64,000 nucleotides of DNA from Phormidesmis sp. (GTDB lineage: Bacteria > Cyanobacteriota > Cyanobacteriia > Leptolyngbyales > Leptolyngbyaceae). The stretch lies in the NCBI GenBank assembly GCA_965248535.1, contig CBDFJR010000002.1:1344001-1408000 (forward strand). The letters run 5' to 3'. Shown here one piece after another: positions 10,543 to 20,564 of the stretch. The notes under the pieces were generated by a model. That model was not told where the DNA came from. It did no database searches and was given only the letters and a program-made list of their open reading frames with translations. Numbering within the stretch: position 1 is the stretch's first letter; the number at the start of each line of letters is the position of its first letter. The translations under genes were made by a program, and so were the position numbers.

Positions 10543-10914
10543 TTACTTCTGCGAGAAGCATTGTTCGCCACTTTTCCGTTTGAATAATGCATCAAGCTGT
10601 TTCCCCAACGCAGTACTTTGCTCGATTTCTCGATTAGCGTATGTGCCAATCTGCATGATGAATTGGATCTCTTCAGGAGAGCGATGCCACTTAAGTCGAT
10701 TACACAGACTGCAAGCAGGCAAAAAATTATCTAAAGAGTTTTCACCTCCTTTAGCAAGGGGTTTAATATGATCAGCCGTCCAGCGCAAATCTAGCGCTCC
10801 TCCACAGATATGACACAACCCGCCTGTCTTTTGAAAAATTACGCTGCGTTCTTGAGCCGACGGGTTGCGACGACGCACAACGTAAGGATCAGGTTGCGAT
10901 ATAGGTATATCCAA
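10543..10914 (-). CDS. HNH endonuclease
   Basis: CHIC...DHIKPLAKGG....DNFLPACSLCN zinc/HNH motif; TTG start is uncertain. Confidence 0.8.
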   Translation of the reverse strand: MDIPISQPDPYVVRRRNPSAQERSVIFQKTGGLCHICGGALDLRWTADHIKPLAKGGENSLDNFLPACSLCNRLKWHRSPEEIQFIMQIGTYANREIEQSTALGKQLDALFKRKSGEQCFSQK

Positions 10915-11226
10915 TTTCTAAAGTGTCCAAAGCTTGACTTCTCTTTAAGCAAAGAGTGCCCCGTTAGGCAATCCTTTAACTGTCATTTGACCAGATGAGC
11001 GGCATTTCCAAAATGCTATCTACTCATAACTTTCAAATGACCTGTGATGAAAACATTTATAGTGGTTCTCGGTTAAGTGCAGTAGATCTTTAATCTTGAA
11101 GCTATTGCTAGTTGAGGATTGGCTGTACTCCACTAGCTTAATAAGCGCTATGTTCAATAACTAAAAAATACTTTGCGTCAAGCGGTAGACAAATAGAACG
11201 ATCGCCACCGCTTGATGCTCACCTTT

Positions 11227-11847
11227 CTAAGGAACGATCGCCAAAGGAGTCTTCAGCTTCAGCTTCACATCAGTTCCCTTTTTGAGATCCACTTCGCCCC
11301 CCGGACTCGACAACACAAACGCTGCTGCCGCCGCCCCACCTGCCAATCCGCCGTGCTTAAACTTGGTTTTGTCTCCAATAAAGTGACCCGCCACGGCTCC
11401 GCCCAAGACAATGCCTACATTTTGCAAAAACTTTCCTTTGGTTTGGCTTTCAACCTGCGTGTTGACCAGCGTGGCATCGATCGGATATTGACTGCCATCT
11501 TTAAGCACCACATCATCTAACACGAGATGCAAACTCGCCTTCTTGCCGCTCTGGGCCTTCACGACATCTTCTAAATGCCCCTGAATCTGAGCATCTTTGG
11601 GCAACCCATTTTTGACCTTGAGGGTGAACTGCTCTTGATCACGACTTTTGCCCGTCGAGATCTCTTGTTGAAGATCGGTGTCGATCGTGGTGCCTGCGGC
11701 GATCGTGACGGGTTGAACTTTGGTGTCTACGTTCGTGGCTTTTGTGCCGTCAGGGGCCATCGAAGCCGTGTCATTGGATTTGCTGCACGCGATCGCGCCA
11801 CTCAACAGCGTTGCACTGAGCAACAGAGACAAACACTTTTTTTTCAT
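11227..11847 (-). CDS. lipoprotein with TrbI/VirB10-like beta domain and Gly-rich hairpin
   Basis: Lipobox-like 'AIAC' after a hydrophobic signal; 'IAAGTTI...LQQEIST', Gly-zipper 'GGAVAGHFIG..GGLAGGAAAA', 'EVDLKKGT..KLKLKTPL'. Confidence 0.6.
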   Translation of the reverse strand: MKKKCLSLLLSATLLSGAIACSKSNDTASMAPDGTKATNVDTKVQPVTIAAGTTIDTDLQQEISTGKSRDQEQFTLKVKNGLPKDAQIQGHLEDVVKAQSGKKASLHLVLDDVVLKDGSQYPIDATLVNTQVESQTKGKFLQNVGIVLGGAVAGHFIGDKTKFKHGGLAGGAAAAAFVLSSPGGEVDLKKGTDVKLKLKTPLAIVP

Positions 11848-11999
11848 GGTGATTTAGCTCACTAAATTCAATTGAATCCCCCTAGAATAAATCCCCCTGC
11901 CAGAAGCGGCTCAACTATTTTTAGAGTGAAGGTGATCATTCCAAAAAAAAGGAGCCTCAAAGAGACTCCAACATCATCAGAAAATCTACCCGAAATCGA

Positions 12000-12386
12000 T
12001 TATTTAATCGAAACCTTACCGCCGACTTCTTCGATTTGCTTCTTGATATCTTCAGCTTCAGCCTTGGCAACGCCTTCTTTCAGCGCTTTGGGTGCCGCTT
12101 CAACAAGATCCTTAGCTTCCTTCAGACCTAGCCCGGTGATCACCCGAACAACCTTGAGAATTGCAATCTTCTTGTCAGCAGGCACATCGTCTAAGACCGC
12201 GCTAAACTCGGTCTGCTCTTCGACTTCTTCAGCCGGAGCCGCAGCACCCGGAGCCATCATCATCATGCCACCAGCCGGAGCCGCCGCACTCACGCCAAAG
12301 GTCTCCTCGATTTGCTTGACCAGATCAGCCGCTTCCAGCAGGGTCAAACCTTTTAACTTGTCAATAATTTCGTCAACAGCAGCCAT
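12000..12386 (-). CDS. rplL: 50S ribosomal protein L7/L12
   Basis: [45 protein letters not shown]. Confidence 0.98.
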   Translation of the reverse strand: MAAVDEIIDKLKGLTLLEAADLVKQIEETFGVSAAAPAGGMMMMAPGAAAPAEEVEEQTEFSAVLDDVPADKKIAILKVVRVITGLGLKEAKDLVEAAPKALKEGVAKAEAEDIKKQIEEVGGKVSIK

Positions 12387-12472
12387 GAGATTACTCCTAA
12401 GATTCTAGATTGTGAACATTGGACTTTGAATCGAGTTTCCAGTGCAGAATTCGCAACTCAAAATTCATTTTC

Positions 12473-13000
12473 TTAAGCAGATTCCTTCTCAGAAATTTGC
12501 TTGATGGCGCGTGCCAAACCAGACGGCACTTCGTTGATGCCCACTGCCAGTTGAGTGGCGACACCGTTGATCGCGCCCGCAATTTGTGCCAGAAGCTGCT
12601 CTTTAGAAGGCAGATCAGCGATCGCTTTCAAATCTTCCTCAGTCAGCAGTTTGCCGTCCATCACGCCGCCGCGAATTTCGGTTTTTTTGCTGGCTTTTTG
12701 GAACTCTTGATACGCCTTGATTGCGCCGCCCAGGTCATCTTTGACCATGACAAACGCTGAGTCGCCCTTGAGAATTTCACCCACGGCTTGCCAGCGATCG
12801 TCGTCTTGGACTGCGATGCCCATAAACGTGTTTTTCGTCACCTTGCAGCTTGCGCCTTTAGGACGAAGACGGTTCCGCAAATCACCGATTTCACGCACGC
12901 TCAAACCTCGATAGTTGACGATAAACATCAACTGAGATTCGTCTAGTGATTGCTTGAGATCGGCAACGATTTGCCTTTTGTTTTCTGGCGTTCTACCCAC
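12473..13000 (-). CDS. rplJ: 50S ribosomal protein L10
   Basis: GRTPENK, YRGLSV, KVTKNT and LPSKEQL motifs; GTG start with AGGAGG RBS. Confidence 0.97.
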   Translation of the reverse strand: MGRTPENKRQIVADLKQSLDESQLMFIVNYRGLSVREIGDLRNRLRPKGASCKVTKNTFMGIAVQDDDRWQAVGEILKGDSAFVMVKDDLGGAIKAYQEFQKASKKTEIRGGVMDGKLLTEEDLKAIADLPSKEQLLAQIAGAINGVATQLAVGINEVPSGLARAIKQISEKESA

Positions 13001-13061
13001 TCGAAATCACCTCCTTAAATTGGGGTTCTGTCCCTTGCTTTGCTCTCACTGTCTAGCCAAA

Positions 13062-13193
13062 AACAAACCCCGACAGTTAAATGCCGGGGTGAAGTATGTT
13101 TTAATCTCAGCGCAACAGTTGTGCATCTGGGATGTTAGAAAACAAACCTCGGCAGGAATTTATGCTTAACGCACCTGCTGTCTCCGGCTTAGT
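13062..13193 (-). promoter_or_regulatory. L10 leader (rplJL autoregulatory RNA)
   Basis: Minus strand reads CCGGAGACAGCAGG...AATTCCTGCCGAGG, then the hairpin ACCCCGGC..GTCGGGGTTTGTTTTT, between rplA and rplJ. Confidence 0.8.
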
Positions 13194-13246
13194 TATTCAG
13201 TTTGAGCAAATTTTTCTGGTGCCGTTCTCCTGATTGAAGACTTGAT

Positions 13247-13960
13247 TTATGCAGCGTCTCCTAGTTTAAAGTCACGCAGGGCATTAATGTCAACCTCGAT
13301 CGAGGGCCCCATCGTCGAAGAGATGTAAACACTCCGCCAATAGCGACCTTTCGCGCCCGCAGGACGGTTGCGATCGATGGTTTCTTGCAGCGCTTTCAGG
13401 TTCTCCATCAAGTCTTCTGCCGAGAACGCAGCTTTGCCAAACAAGACGTGAACAATCCCCGTTTTGTCGGCCCGAAACTCTAGTTTTCCGGCTTTAAACT
13501 CAGCGATCGCCGGCCCTAAATCATAGGTGACAGTGCCCCCCTTAGGAGACGGCATCAAACCACGCGGGCCCAAAACCCGACCAAGCTTTGCCACTTGGGG
13601 CATCATATCAGGAGTCGCAATCAGTAGATCAAAATCCATCATCCCTTTTTGGATTTCGTCGATCAATTCTTCAGATCCGGCGATGTCTGCGCCCGAAACG
13701 GTGGCTTCATTGACCTTTTCGCCTCGTGCAATCACAGCAACGCGAATGGTTTGACCCGTTCCTTTGGGGAGCGATACCGTTGTTCTCAACTGTTGGTCAG
13801 CATACTTCGGGTCAATGCCCAGACGCACATGCGCTTCGGCCGACTCTGCAAACTTTGCAGTTGCCGTCTCTTTTAGGAGATTGAGCGCCTCTACGGGATC
13901 GTAGGCACGTTCTTCAACCTTCCCCTGCAATTCTTTGAGTCTTCGAGATACCTTTTTCAT
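13247..13960 (-). CDS. rplA: 50S ribosomal protein L1
   Basis: [29 protein letters not shown]. Confidence 0.98.
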   Translation of the reverse strand: MKKVSRRLKELQGKVEERAYDPVEALNLLKETATAKFAESAEAHVRLGIDPKYADQQLRTTVSLPKGTGQTIRVAVIARGEKVNEATVSGADIAGSEELIDEIQKGMMDFDLLIATPDMMPQVAKLGRVLGPRGLMPSPKGGTVTYDLGPAIAEFKAGKLEFRADKTGIVHVLFGKAAFSAEDLMENLKALQETIDRNRPAGAKGRYWRSVYISSTMGPSIEVDINALRDFKLGDAA

Positions 13961-13970
13961 GTCGCTTTAT

Positions 13971-14003
13971 TGGGGTCGCTAACGAGGAACGTCCTCTCCC
14001 CCA
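13971..14003 (-). promoter_or_regulatory. putative L1-binding mRNA hairpin between rplK and rplA
   Basis: Minus strand TGGGGGAGAGGACGTTCCTCGTTAGCGACCCCA folds as two stems around a purine-rich internal loop, just upstream of the rplA ATG. Confidence 0.55.
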
Positions 14004-14023
14004 TAAATAATGTGGTCGATGTC

Positions 14024-14449
14024 TTAAGCGCTAACAGTGATGCCCATGTTTTTAGCCGTGCCTTCGATGATTTTCATCGCGGCTTCGATGTCATTGGCGT
14101 TGAGGTCAGGCATTTTGGTCTTAGCAATGTCTTCTAACTGGGCACGAGTGATTGACCCGACTTTTTTACGGTTGGGTTCACCTGAGCCAGTCTCAATTCC
14201 CGCCGCTTTTGCAATCAACTTAGACGCAGGAGGCGTTTTGAGAATGAAGGTGAAACTGCGATCTTCATAGACTGAAATTTCTACCGGAACCACCATACCT
14301 GCCTGGTCAGCAGTTCTGGCGTTATATTCCTTGCAGAACATCATGATATTGACCCCGTGCTGACCTAGCGCGGGACCGATCGGAGGGGCTGGGTTTGCTT
14401 TTCCAGCGTTAATGGCTAACTTAATAACCGCCGCAACTTTTTTTGCCAT
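14024..14449 (-). CDS. rplK: 50S ribosomal protein L11
   Basis: [29 protein letters not shown]. Confidence 0.98.
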   Translation of the reverse strand: MAKKVAAVIKLAINAGKANPAPPIGPALGQHGVNIMMFCKEYNARTADQAGMVVPVEISVYEDRSFTFILKTPPASKLIAKAAGIETGSGEPNRKKVGSITRAQLEDIAKTKMPDLNANDIEAAMKIIEGTAKNMGITVSA

Positions 14450-14476
14450 CGATCGTGATCTCTTTGAGAATTCAAA

Positions 14477-15121
14477 TTAAACTTTCTGAACCTGATTGAC
14501 TTCCAACTCGACGGGGGTGTCCCGCCCGAAGATCGAAAGCAGCGCTTTGAGTTTATTACGCTCACCGCTCACCTCAATCACTTCGCCTTCAAAGTCCTTA
14601 AACGGACCCGAAAGCACGACGATCTTATCGCCTGCCGCCATGTCAATCTTTCTGACTGGCTCCTGTCCTTGGGCCTGTTTGAAGATGCGCTCAACTTCTG
14701 AGTGACCCAAAGGCATTGGTTTGACGTGGCCCCGACCACGACCGTAGCGGCGCTTTTGCTCTGCGCCAACAAAGTTAATCACATTGGGCGTGTTTTTGAT
14801 CACCTGCCAAGTGTCGTCATCCATTAACATTCGCACCAAGACATAGCCCGGAAAGACTTTTTCAGCCCCTTCTTTAGACTTGCCATCTTTTTGAGGTCTC
14901 AAGACGGGTGTTTCGGGGATCTGAACGTCTAAAATGCGATTGGCGACATCCAAGGTTTGAATGCGCTGCTCTAAGTTGGCTTTGACGCGCTTTTCACAGC
15001 CCGATGCAACCTGCACCGCATACCATCGGGCTTTTTCTAGCTGGACATTTTCTTCAGGGTTTTCTTCCGCCGCACTATAGGGCTGATTTAAGTCTTTTGA
15101 CTCGTCTGATGTAAAAGTCAT
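14477..15121 (-). CDS. nusG: transcription factor NusG
   Basis: WYAVQVASGCEK, FPGYVLV, KOW motif GPFKDFEG, IFGRDTPVEL; ATG overlaps the secE stop (ATGA). Confidence 0.96.
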   Translation of the reverse strand: MTFTSDESKDLNQPYSAAEENPEENVQLEKARWYAVQVASGCEKRVKANLEQRIQTLDVANRILDVQIPETPVLRPQKDGKSKEGAEKVFPGYVLVRMLMDDDTWQVIKNTPNVINFVGAEQKRRYGRGRGHVKPMPLGHSEVERIFKQAQGQEPVRKIDMAAGDKIVVLSGPFKDFEGEVIEVSGERNKLKALLSIFGRDTPVELEVNQVQKV

Positions 15122-15342
15122 CCAAACACCTTCACCTGCGCCCATTGAAAGAGTTGATCGACCAGGTAGATAAGGGTTGCAGAGAGGGTGACCATCAAAA
15201 TTACCGCCACTGACTCACTGATAAGCTGCTGTCGGCTAGGCCACACCACCTTGTCCAATTCTTCTCGCGTTTCTTGGATAAAGGCGTTGGGGTTAAAGGT
15301 TGCCTTCTGCTCTGGAATGGTTGCTTCGTCTTTTTTTGCCAC
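15118..15342 (-). CDS. secE: preprotein translocase SecE
   Basis: EELDKVVWPSRQQL followed by a TM helix; conserved position in the cluster. Confidence 0.95.
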   Translation of the reverse strand: MAKKDEATIPEQKATFNPNAFIQETREELDKVVWPSRQQLISESVAVILMVTLSATLIYLVDQLFQWAQVKVFG

Positions 15343-15456
15343 AGTTCCTAAGCGCTCCCGTCAGGTTAATGAATGAGTGGTTTACACCCCTGTAGGCTTG
15401 ATGATCTAACCTGGAGGAAACCATGAATCTGGTGGCTCTAAACCAGAATAGTTCAG

Positions 15457-15529
15457 CGCGCCCTGGAGGACTTGAACCCCCGACATCAGGTTTTGGAGAC
15501 CTGCGTTCTACCAACTGAACTAAGAGCGC
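15457..15529 (-). tRNA. trnW: tRNA-Trp (CCA)
   Basis: GCGCTCTTAGTTCAGTTGGTAGAACGCAGGTCTCCAAAACCTGATGTCGGGGGTTCAAGTCCTCCAGGGCGCG; 73-nt cloverleaf. Confidence 0.97.
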
Positions 15530-15635
15530 ACAAGCCGAACCGATCGCATTGCCACTTGTCTAGTCTAGCAGCTATTGGCAGTTTAGCTTTTAGCGATTAG
15601 TGATTGTGAAGGACTAACCGCTAGAAGCTGATTGC

Positions 15636-15998
15636 TTAGAGCGGACGATCGAAGCGTTGCTTGAGGCGGGTGGCCTTGCCGACGCGATCGCGCAAATAAT
15701 AAAGCTTGGCCCGACGAACTCGACCGCGACGCAGCACCTTGATGCTCTCAATGCGGGGAGAGTGCATTAGAAAAACCCGCTCTACGCCCACGTTTTGAAA
15801 GACGCGGCGAACGGTAATGTTTTGACTAATTCCTGCGCTGCCTTTGGCGATGATCACCCCTTCATAGGGCTGAGTTCGCTCTTTGTCGCCCTCTTTAATT
15901 TTGACACCCACGCGAACAGTGTCGCCCACATGGAGGATGGGAAGGTCTGATTTCATTTGTTCCGCTTCGATCGAGCGGATCAGTTCCTGCGCTTTCAT
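15636..15998 (-). CDS. rplS: 50S ribosomal protein L19
   Basis: [31 protein letters not shown]. Confidence 0.98.
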   Translation of the reverse strand: MKAQELIRSIEAEQMKSDLPILHVGDTVRVGVKIKEGDKERTQPYEGVIIAKGSAGISQNITVRRVFQNVGVERVFLMHSPRIESIKVLRRGRVRRAKLYYLRDRVGKATRLKQRFDRPL

Positions 15999-16348
15999 AG
16001 GGCTTCAAAAAACTCACAATTGCTTAGTGTAGCTGAGGGGTCAGTTTCTCGTCTAGAGGCTAGCCCGAATCTTATCTTAACTGACTAGGTGACATCTGTG
16101 CAGAAATCTTAGCGCCGAGGGATCTGAAGGGACAGGATTCGCTATCTTTTATGGGCGGCACTGCTGGGGTTGACGATCGCTCGTCTGCTCAGGGGGCGTG
16201 GGGAGATGGTGAAACTCTGACCGCTGAACCTGAAGGAGGCTAGACTTTAAGCTAGGGATCGTCTTGGTTTGCTCACGCCCGCTGAAACAGGGGCACGGTG
16301 GTGCCATAGCTTAAGTCACCCTTCAGAACGGTTCATAGTTTATTTCAT

Positions 16349-16715
16349 TGTGTCACTGGGAAACCTAATCCCCTTGTGGGTTGGGAGGGATAGGTGCGCT
16401 TGCTGGTGGGGTTCAATACCCCGGAAGCAAGCAATAATCCTTGCTACTAACAGACTGTTTTTTGGTACAATCGAACTCATGACAAGCCCACTCCTTTAAT
16501 AAAGGCACGACCTGCAAGACTACGCACTACAGGGGATACAGTTTCAGAAGCTCCGGCTTTTTGGGAGAGAGGGATGAGAACACCAGGTTGTTGCTCCTTG
16601 CGAAAAAATTAAATACTCCGGGCTGCGGTCAATCAGCCTACTGCGCTCCGACTTCTAGACGGCTAGATGGATGTGGAAGTGCAAGCCTCATCCCCTTGTG
16701 GGTGAGGTAGTTGAC
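16349..16715 (+). mobile_element. non-autonomous, internally deleted IS200/IS605-family element (PATE-like)
   Basis: Two near-identical subterminal hairpins in direct orientation (CCTAATCCCCTTGTGGGTTGGG at 16364-16385; CCTCATCCCCTTGTGGGTGAGG at 16686-16707); right end TAGTTGAC; no intact ORF. Confidence 0.75.
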
Positions 16716-16748
16716 TCACCTGACGATTGACTTCACAGGGTTTTGAGT

Positions 16749-19529
16749 ATGTCATTTTTATTTTCTCTACGGCGATATCGTCTTCCTGGTTTTTTGTTTG
16801 CCCTTTGTTTAGCCACCGTTCTCTTGTCAGGAGAAATCGCGTTTTTGCCCCCTGCGATCGCCGAGCAAGCGCCTGCTAAACCGCCGATCGCCATCACCAC
16901 CACGCAACAAGTCAAAAAAACGATTTTAGAGAATGGCTTGACCGTATTGACTAAAGAAGTGCCAACTGCGCCTGTGGTAACGGTGCAAGTTTGGTATCGC
17001 ATTGGGTCACGCAACGAAGCGCCCGGTGTCAACGGCATTGCTCACCAGCTTGAACACTTGATGTTTAAAGGCACGAGCGATCGTCCGATTCAGTTTGGTC
17101 GATTGTTTAGCGCCTTGGGCAGCCAATCAAACGCCTTCACCAGCTACGATCAGACCGCTTATTTTGGCACGGTTGAACGCGACAAACTGCGATCGCTGCT
17201 GGCCCTCGAAGCCGATCGGATGCAGAGTGCCGTGATCGGTGCCCCTCAACTCACGAGCGAAAAGCGTGTCGTCATTTCAGAACTGCAAGGCTATGAAAAC
17301 AGCCCCAGCTATCGACTCGATCGGGCCGTGATGCGATCGGCGTTTCCTGACTCGCCCTATGGGTTGCCCGTGGGCGGCACTAAAGCCGATGTTGAGAAAT
17401 TCACCGTTGAGCAAGTGCGGGATTATTATCGCAATTACTACAGTCCTGACAATGCAACCGTGGTGATTGTGGGAGACTTTCAAACCGATGCGACGCTAAA
17501 AGCGGTTCAAGAATCCTTTGGTCAGGTTCCGAGGTCTGAAAAGCCCAAAGCTGCGGCCCAACCTCCGGCCCCGATCGTGACCAAAGGCAGCCCAGCAAAA
17601 GCGGCGATCGTGCTCAAACAACCCGGTAGCGCTGCTCTTTTACAGTCCGTCTACCCCCTGCCCAACGTCACCCATCCCGATGTGCCTGCTCTGCACTTGT
17701 TTGATTTAGTGCTGACTCAGGGGCGCAGTTCTCGGCTCTATCAATCTTTGATCGAATCGGGTTTAGCTAGCGACTATAGCGGCTATCCGGCCAATATGCT
17801 ATCTGGCGGATGGTATGGATTAGGTGCGACGGCGGCACCCGGTCAAGACTTATCAAAAATCAACCAAACCATCCAGGCAAGTTTGGCGAACCTTCGCACC
17901 AAGCCTGTGACCGTTGACGAACTGAAGCGGGCCAAAACTCAGCTTAAATCTTCTGTGCTGCTGCGAAACCGAAGCATCACCAATCAGGCGATGCAGCTAG
18001 GCGACGATCAAACGACGGCGGGCGATTATCAGTTTACCGATCGCTATTTGGCAGCGATCGAGAAAGTAACCACCGCCGATATTCAACGAGTTGCAAAAAC
18101 TTATTTTGACCCTAGCCAGCAGACCTTGGGATTCTTTGAGCCGACTCAGCTAGATGCCAAAGCAGGCGGCTCGGTGAATGCGGGTCAAACCGTGGAGCAA
18201 TTTAATCTAGGTGCTCCGGTCGATCCGGCTGAGGTGGCAAAATATTTGCCGCCTGTGACGCGGAGCGATCGCCCGGCTCAGGCACTGCCCGAAAAAACAA
18301 TTCTCTCAAACGGGCTGCGAGTGCTGCTGCTGCGCGACTCTAGCACCCCAACAGTTTCGCTCAGGGGTTATCTAGATGCCGGAACCTCTTTTGATGCGAG
18401 TCAAAAATCAGGGCTTGCCAAACTGACGGCTGACAACCTGCTGAATGGCACCCAAACCAAAGATGCGTTAACGCTAGCAACGACGCTTGACGATCGGGGC
18501 ATTGCGCTAGGATTTGATGTGAATCGAGAAGGATTGTCGATTAGAGCAAACACGCTTGTTGAAAATCTGCCAACGCTCGTGCAAACACTGTCAGACGTGA
18601 TGCAACATGCAGTCTTTCCTGATAGAGAATTGGAACTGAGCCGTCAACGCGCCCTCACTGCTCTCAAAGTTCAATTAGACAGCCCTGCATCTAAGGGAAG
18701 ACGCACCTTTCAGCAAGCGATCTATCCCTCTAATCATCCCTTTCACAACTTTCCGACTGAGGCCAGTTTGAAAGGCATTCAACGGCAAGACTTGCTGAAC
18801 TTTTATAAGAGTCACTATCGTCCTGATAAGACCACGGTGGCGCTGGTGGGCGACTTTGACCCGGCTCAGGTGAAGAGTCTATTAGAGAAAGAATTGGGCA
18901 CCTGGAAAGCCACAGGGCAGGCTCCTGCCTTGACGTTTCCGCCTGTGGCGCTGCCTGCAACTGGGGTGCGTCTCTATGACGGCATTCCTGGCAAAACGCA
19001 ATCGATTAGCTACCTGGGTTATGTGGGCATCAATCGCACCGATCCCCGCTATTATTCAGCGATCGTGATGAACCAAATTTTGGGCGGCGACACGCTAGCG
19101 AGTCGATTGGGCACCGAGATCCGCGATCGTCAAGGACTCACCTACGGGATTTATAGTGTCTTTCAGGCAGGCATTCATCAAGGGCCCTTTCTGATCTCAA
19201 TGCAGACAGCCCCCGAAGATGCCCCGAAGGCGATCGCCAACACGCTCAAAGTGTTGGAGCAATTTCGCACCCAAGGGGTAAGCACCAGCGAGGTGTTAAC
19301 GGCCCAGCGATCGCTGACGAGCAGCTATCCCGTAGATTTAGCCGACCCCGATGATCTGGCATCCATCATCTTGATGAACGATGTTTATGGACTGAATCCC
19401 GCAGAAATTCGTCAGTTTCCTAAACAGATTGATGCGGTGACTCAGGCTCAGGTGAATGAAGCCACTCAAGATTTGCTGCACCCCGATCGCTTGGTGGTTG
19501 TGACGGCTGGGCCTGCAATGGCTCGTTGA
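16749..19529 (+). CDS. M16 family (pitrilysin-like) zinc peptidase, secreted, two-module
   Basis: Signal peptide; inverted zinc motif HQLEH, NAFTSYDQT, and second-half 'EIRDRQGLTY'. Confidence 0.92.
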   Translation: MSFLFSLRRYRLPGFLFALCLATVLLSGEIAFLPPAIAEQAPAKPPIAITTTQQVKKTILENGLTVLTKEVPTAPVVTVQVWYRIGSRNEAPGVNGIAHQLEHLMFKGTSDRPIQFGRLFSALGSQSNAFTSYDQTAYFGTVERDKLRSLLALEADRMQSAVIGAPQLTSEKRVVISELQGYENSPSYRLDRAVMRSAFPDSPYGLPVGGTKADVEKFTVEQVRDYYRNYYSPDNATVVIVGDFQTDATLKAVQESFGQVPRSEKPKAAAQPPAPIVTKGSPAKAAIVLKQPGSAALLQSVYPLPNVTHPDVPALHLFDLVLTQGRSSRLYQSLIESGLASDYSGYPANMLSGGWYGLGATAAPGQDLSKINQTIQASLANLRTKPVTVDELKRAKTQLKSSVLLRNRSITNQAMQLGDDQTTAGDYQFTDRYLAAIEKVTTADIQRVAKTYFDPSQQTLGFFEPTQLDAKAGGSVNAGQTVEQFNLGAPVDPAEVAKYLPPVTRSDRPAQALPEKTILSNGLRVLLLRDSSTPTVSLRGYLDAGTSFDASQKSGLAKLTADNLLNGTQTKDALTLATTLDDRGIALGFDVNREGLSIRANTLVENLPTLVQTLSDVMQHAVFPDRELELSRQRALTALKVQLDSPASKGRRTFQQAIYPSNHPFHNFPTEASLKGIQRQDLLNFYKSHYRPDKTTVALVGDFDPAQVKSLLEKELGTWKATGQAPALTFPPVALPATGVRLYDGIPGKTQSISYLGYVGINRTDPRYYSAIVMNQILGGDTLASRLGTEIRDRQGLTYGIYSVFQAGIHQGPFLISMQTAPEDAPKAIANTLKVLEQFRTQGVSTSEVLTAQRSLTSSYPVDLADPDDLASIILMNDVYGLNPAEIRQFPKQIDAVTQAQVNEATQDLLHPDRLVVVTAGPAMAR

Positions 19530-19542
19530 TCAATGCGGCAAG

Positions 19543-19568
19543 AGGGGCACGGCGTGCCGTGCCCGTAC
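19543..19568. repeat. REP palindrome
   Basis: AGGGGCACGGCGTGCCGTGCCCGTAC; matches the REPs inside the RAYT gene. Confidence 0.8.
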
Positions 19569-19705
19569 TGGCAAGGCGTATTTGTAATATTGTCATTCCA
19601 AATCAAATGGGTTGAGACGCGCAAGCGAGAATTAAGCTACCTTAGAAAATGGCGAGGGCGTGTGTTGCGCGATCGCTTTCCCACTGCCGACCTAGTGCCA
19701 TTGCC

Positions 19706-20518
19706 ATGAACATTCTCAGTAATCTGCTCCCCCAGTCTGCTCCTAAAAAGCGTCGCGGCATTGAGATCAAGTCTCAGCGCGAGATCGAGATTATGCGGCA
19801 GGCAGCAAAAATTGTAGCGATCGTGCTCAAAGAAATCTCAGAACTGGTCAAACCTGGCATGACTACCGCCGACCTAGATGCCCATGCCGAAAAACGGATT
19901 CGAGAGATGGGAGCCACTCCCAGCTTTAAGGGCTATCACGGGTTTCCGGCTTCGATTTGCGCCAGCATTAATCAAGAAGTGGTGCACGGAATTCCCAATC
20001 GCAAAAAAGTGATTCGGACGGGCGACGTGCTGAAAGTCGATACAGGCGCGTTTTTTGAAGGCTTTCACGGCGACTCGTGCATTACGATCGCCGTTGGTCA
20101 AGTCACTCCCGATGCCGCCAAACTGATTCACGTTGCTGAACAGGCTCTCTATAAGGGCATTGAGCAAGTTCGGGCGGGGGCGTTTTTGCTCGACTTGGCG
20201 GGGGCCATTCAAGATTATGTCGAGGCAAACGGCTTTAAAATCGTAGAAGACTTTACGGGTCATGGGGTTGGGCGCAATCTTCATGAAGAACCGTCAGTTT
20301 TTAACTTTCGCACCCACGATATGCCCAACGTCAAGCTTCGGGCTGGCATGACATTGGCGATCGAGCCGATCGTCAATGCAGGCACCAAAAATACTCGCGT
20401 TTTGCCCGATCGTTGGACGGCGGTCACCCTAGACAATGCGCTCTCTGCTCAGTTTGAGCACACGGTTCTTGTCACCGAGGAAGGCTATGAGATTTTGACC
20501 GATCGGACAAATCTCTAG
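19706..20518 (+). CDS. map: type I methionyl aminopeptidase
   Basis: VVHGIP, DTGA...GDS, GHGVG..LHEEP, AIEP and AQFEHT motifs. Confidence 0.96.
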   Translation: MNILSNLLPQSAPKKRRGIEIKSQREIEIMRQAAKIVAIVLKEISELVKPGMTTADLDAHAEKRIREMGATPSFKGYHGFPASICASINQEVVHGIPNRKKVIRTGDVLKVDTGAFFEGFHGDSCITIAVGQVTPDAAKLIHVAEQALYKGIEQVRAGAFLLDLAGAIQDYVEANGFKIVEDFTGHGVGRNLHEEPSVFNFRTHDMPNVKLRAGMTLAIEPIVNAGTKNTRVLPDRWTAVTLDNALSAQFEHTVLVTEEGYEILTDRTNL

Positions 20519-20524
20519 ACCCTC

Positions 20525-20557
20525 AAACCTCCGAATTCTTAAAGAATTCGGAGGTTT
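20525..20557. repeat. palindromic short dispersed repeat (copy 2), probable bidirectional terminator
   Basis: AAACCTCCGAATTCTT-A-AAGAATTCGGAGGTTT between convergent genes. Confidence 0.75.
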
Positions 20558-20564
20558 AGACCTA

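Noticed and set aside
11872..14772. Long antisense ORFs over ribosomal genes (also over psbD, porin, typA, RAYT and clpB)
   Set aside because: Shadow frames of strongly codon-biased genes, with no protein motifs.
16269..16499. 76-aa ORF (and a 44-aa minus-strand ORF) across the IS remnant
   Set aside because: They read through the element's hairpins, have no recognisable domain, and lack the IscB PLMP motif and RuvC residues.
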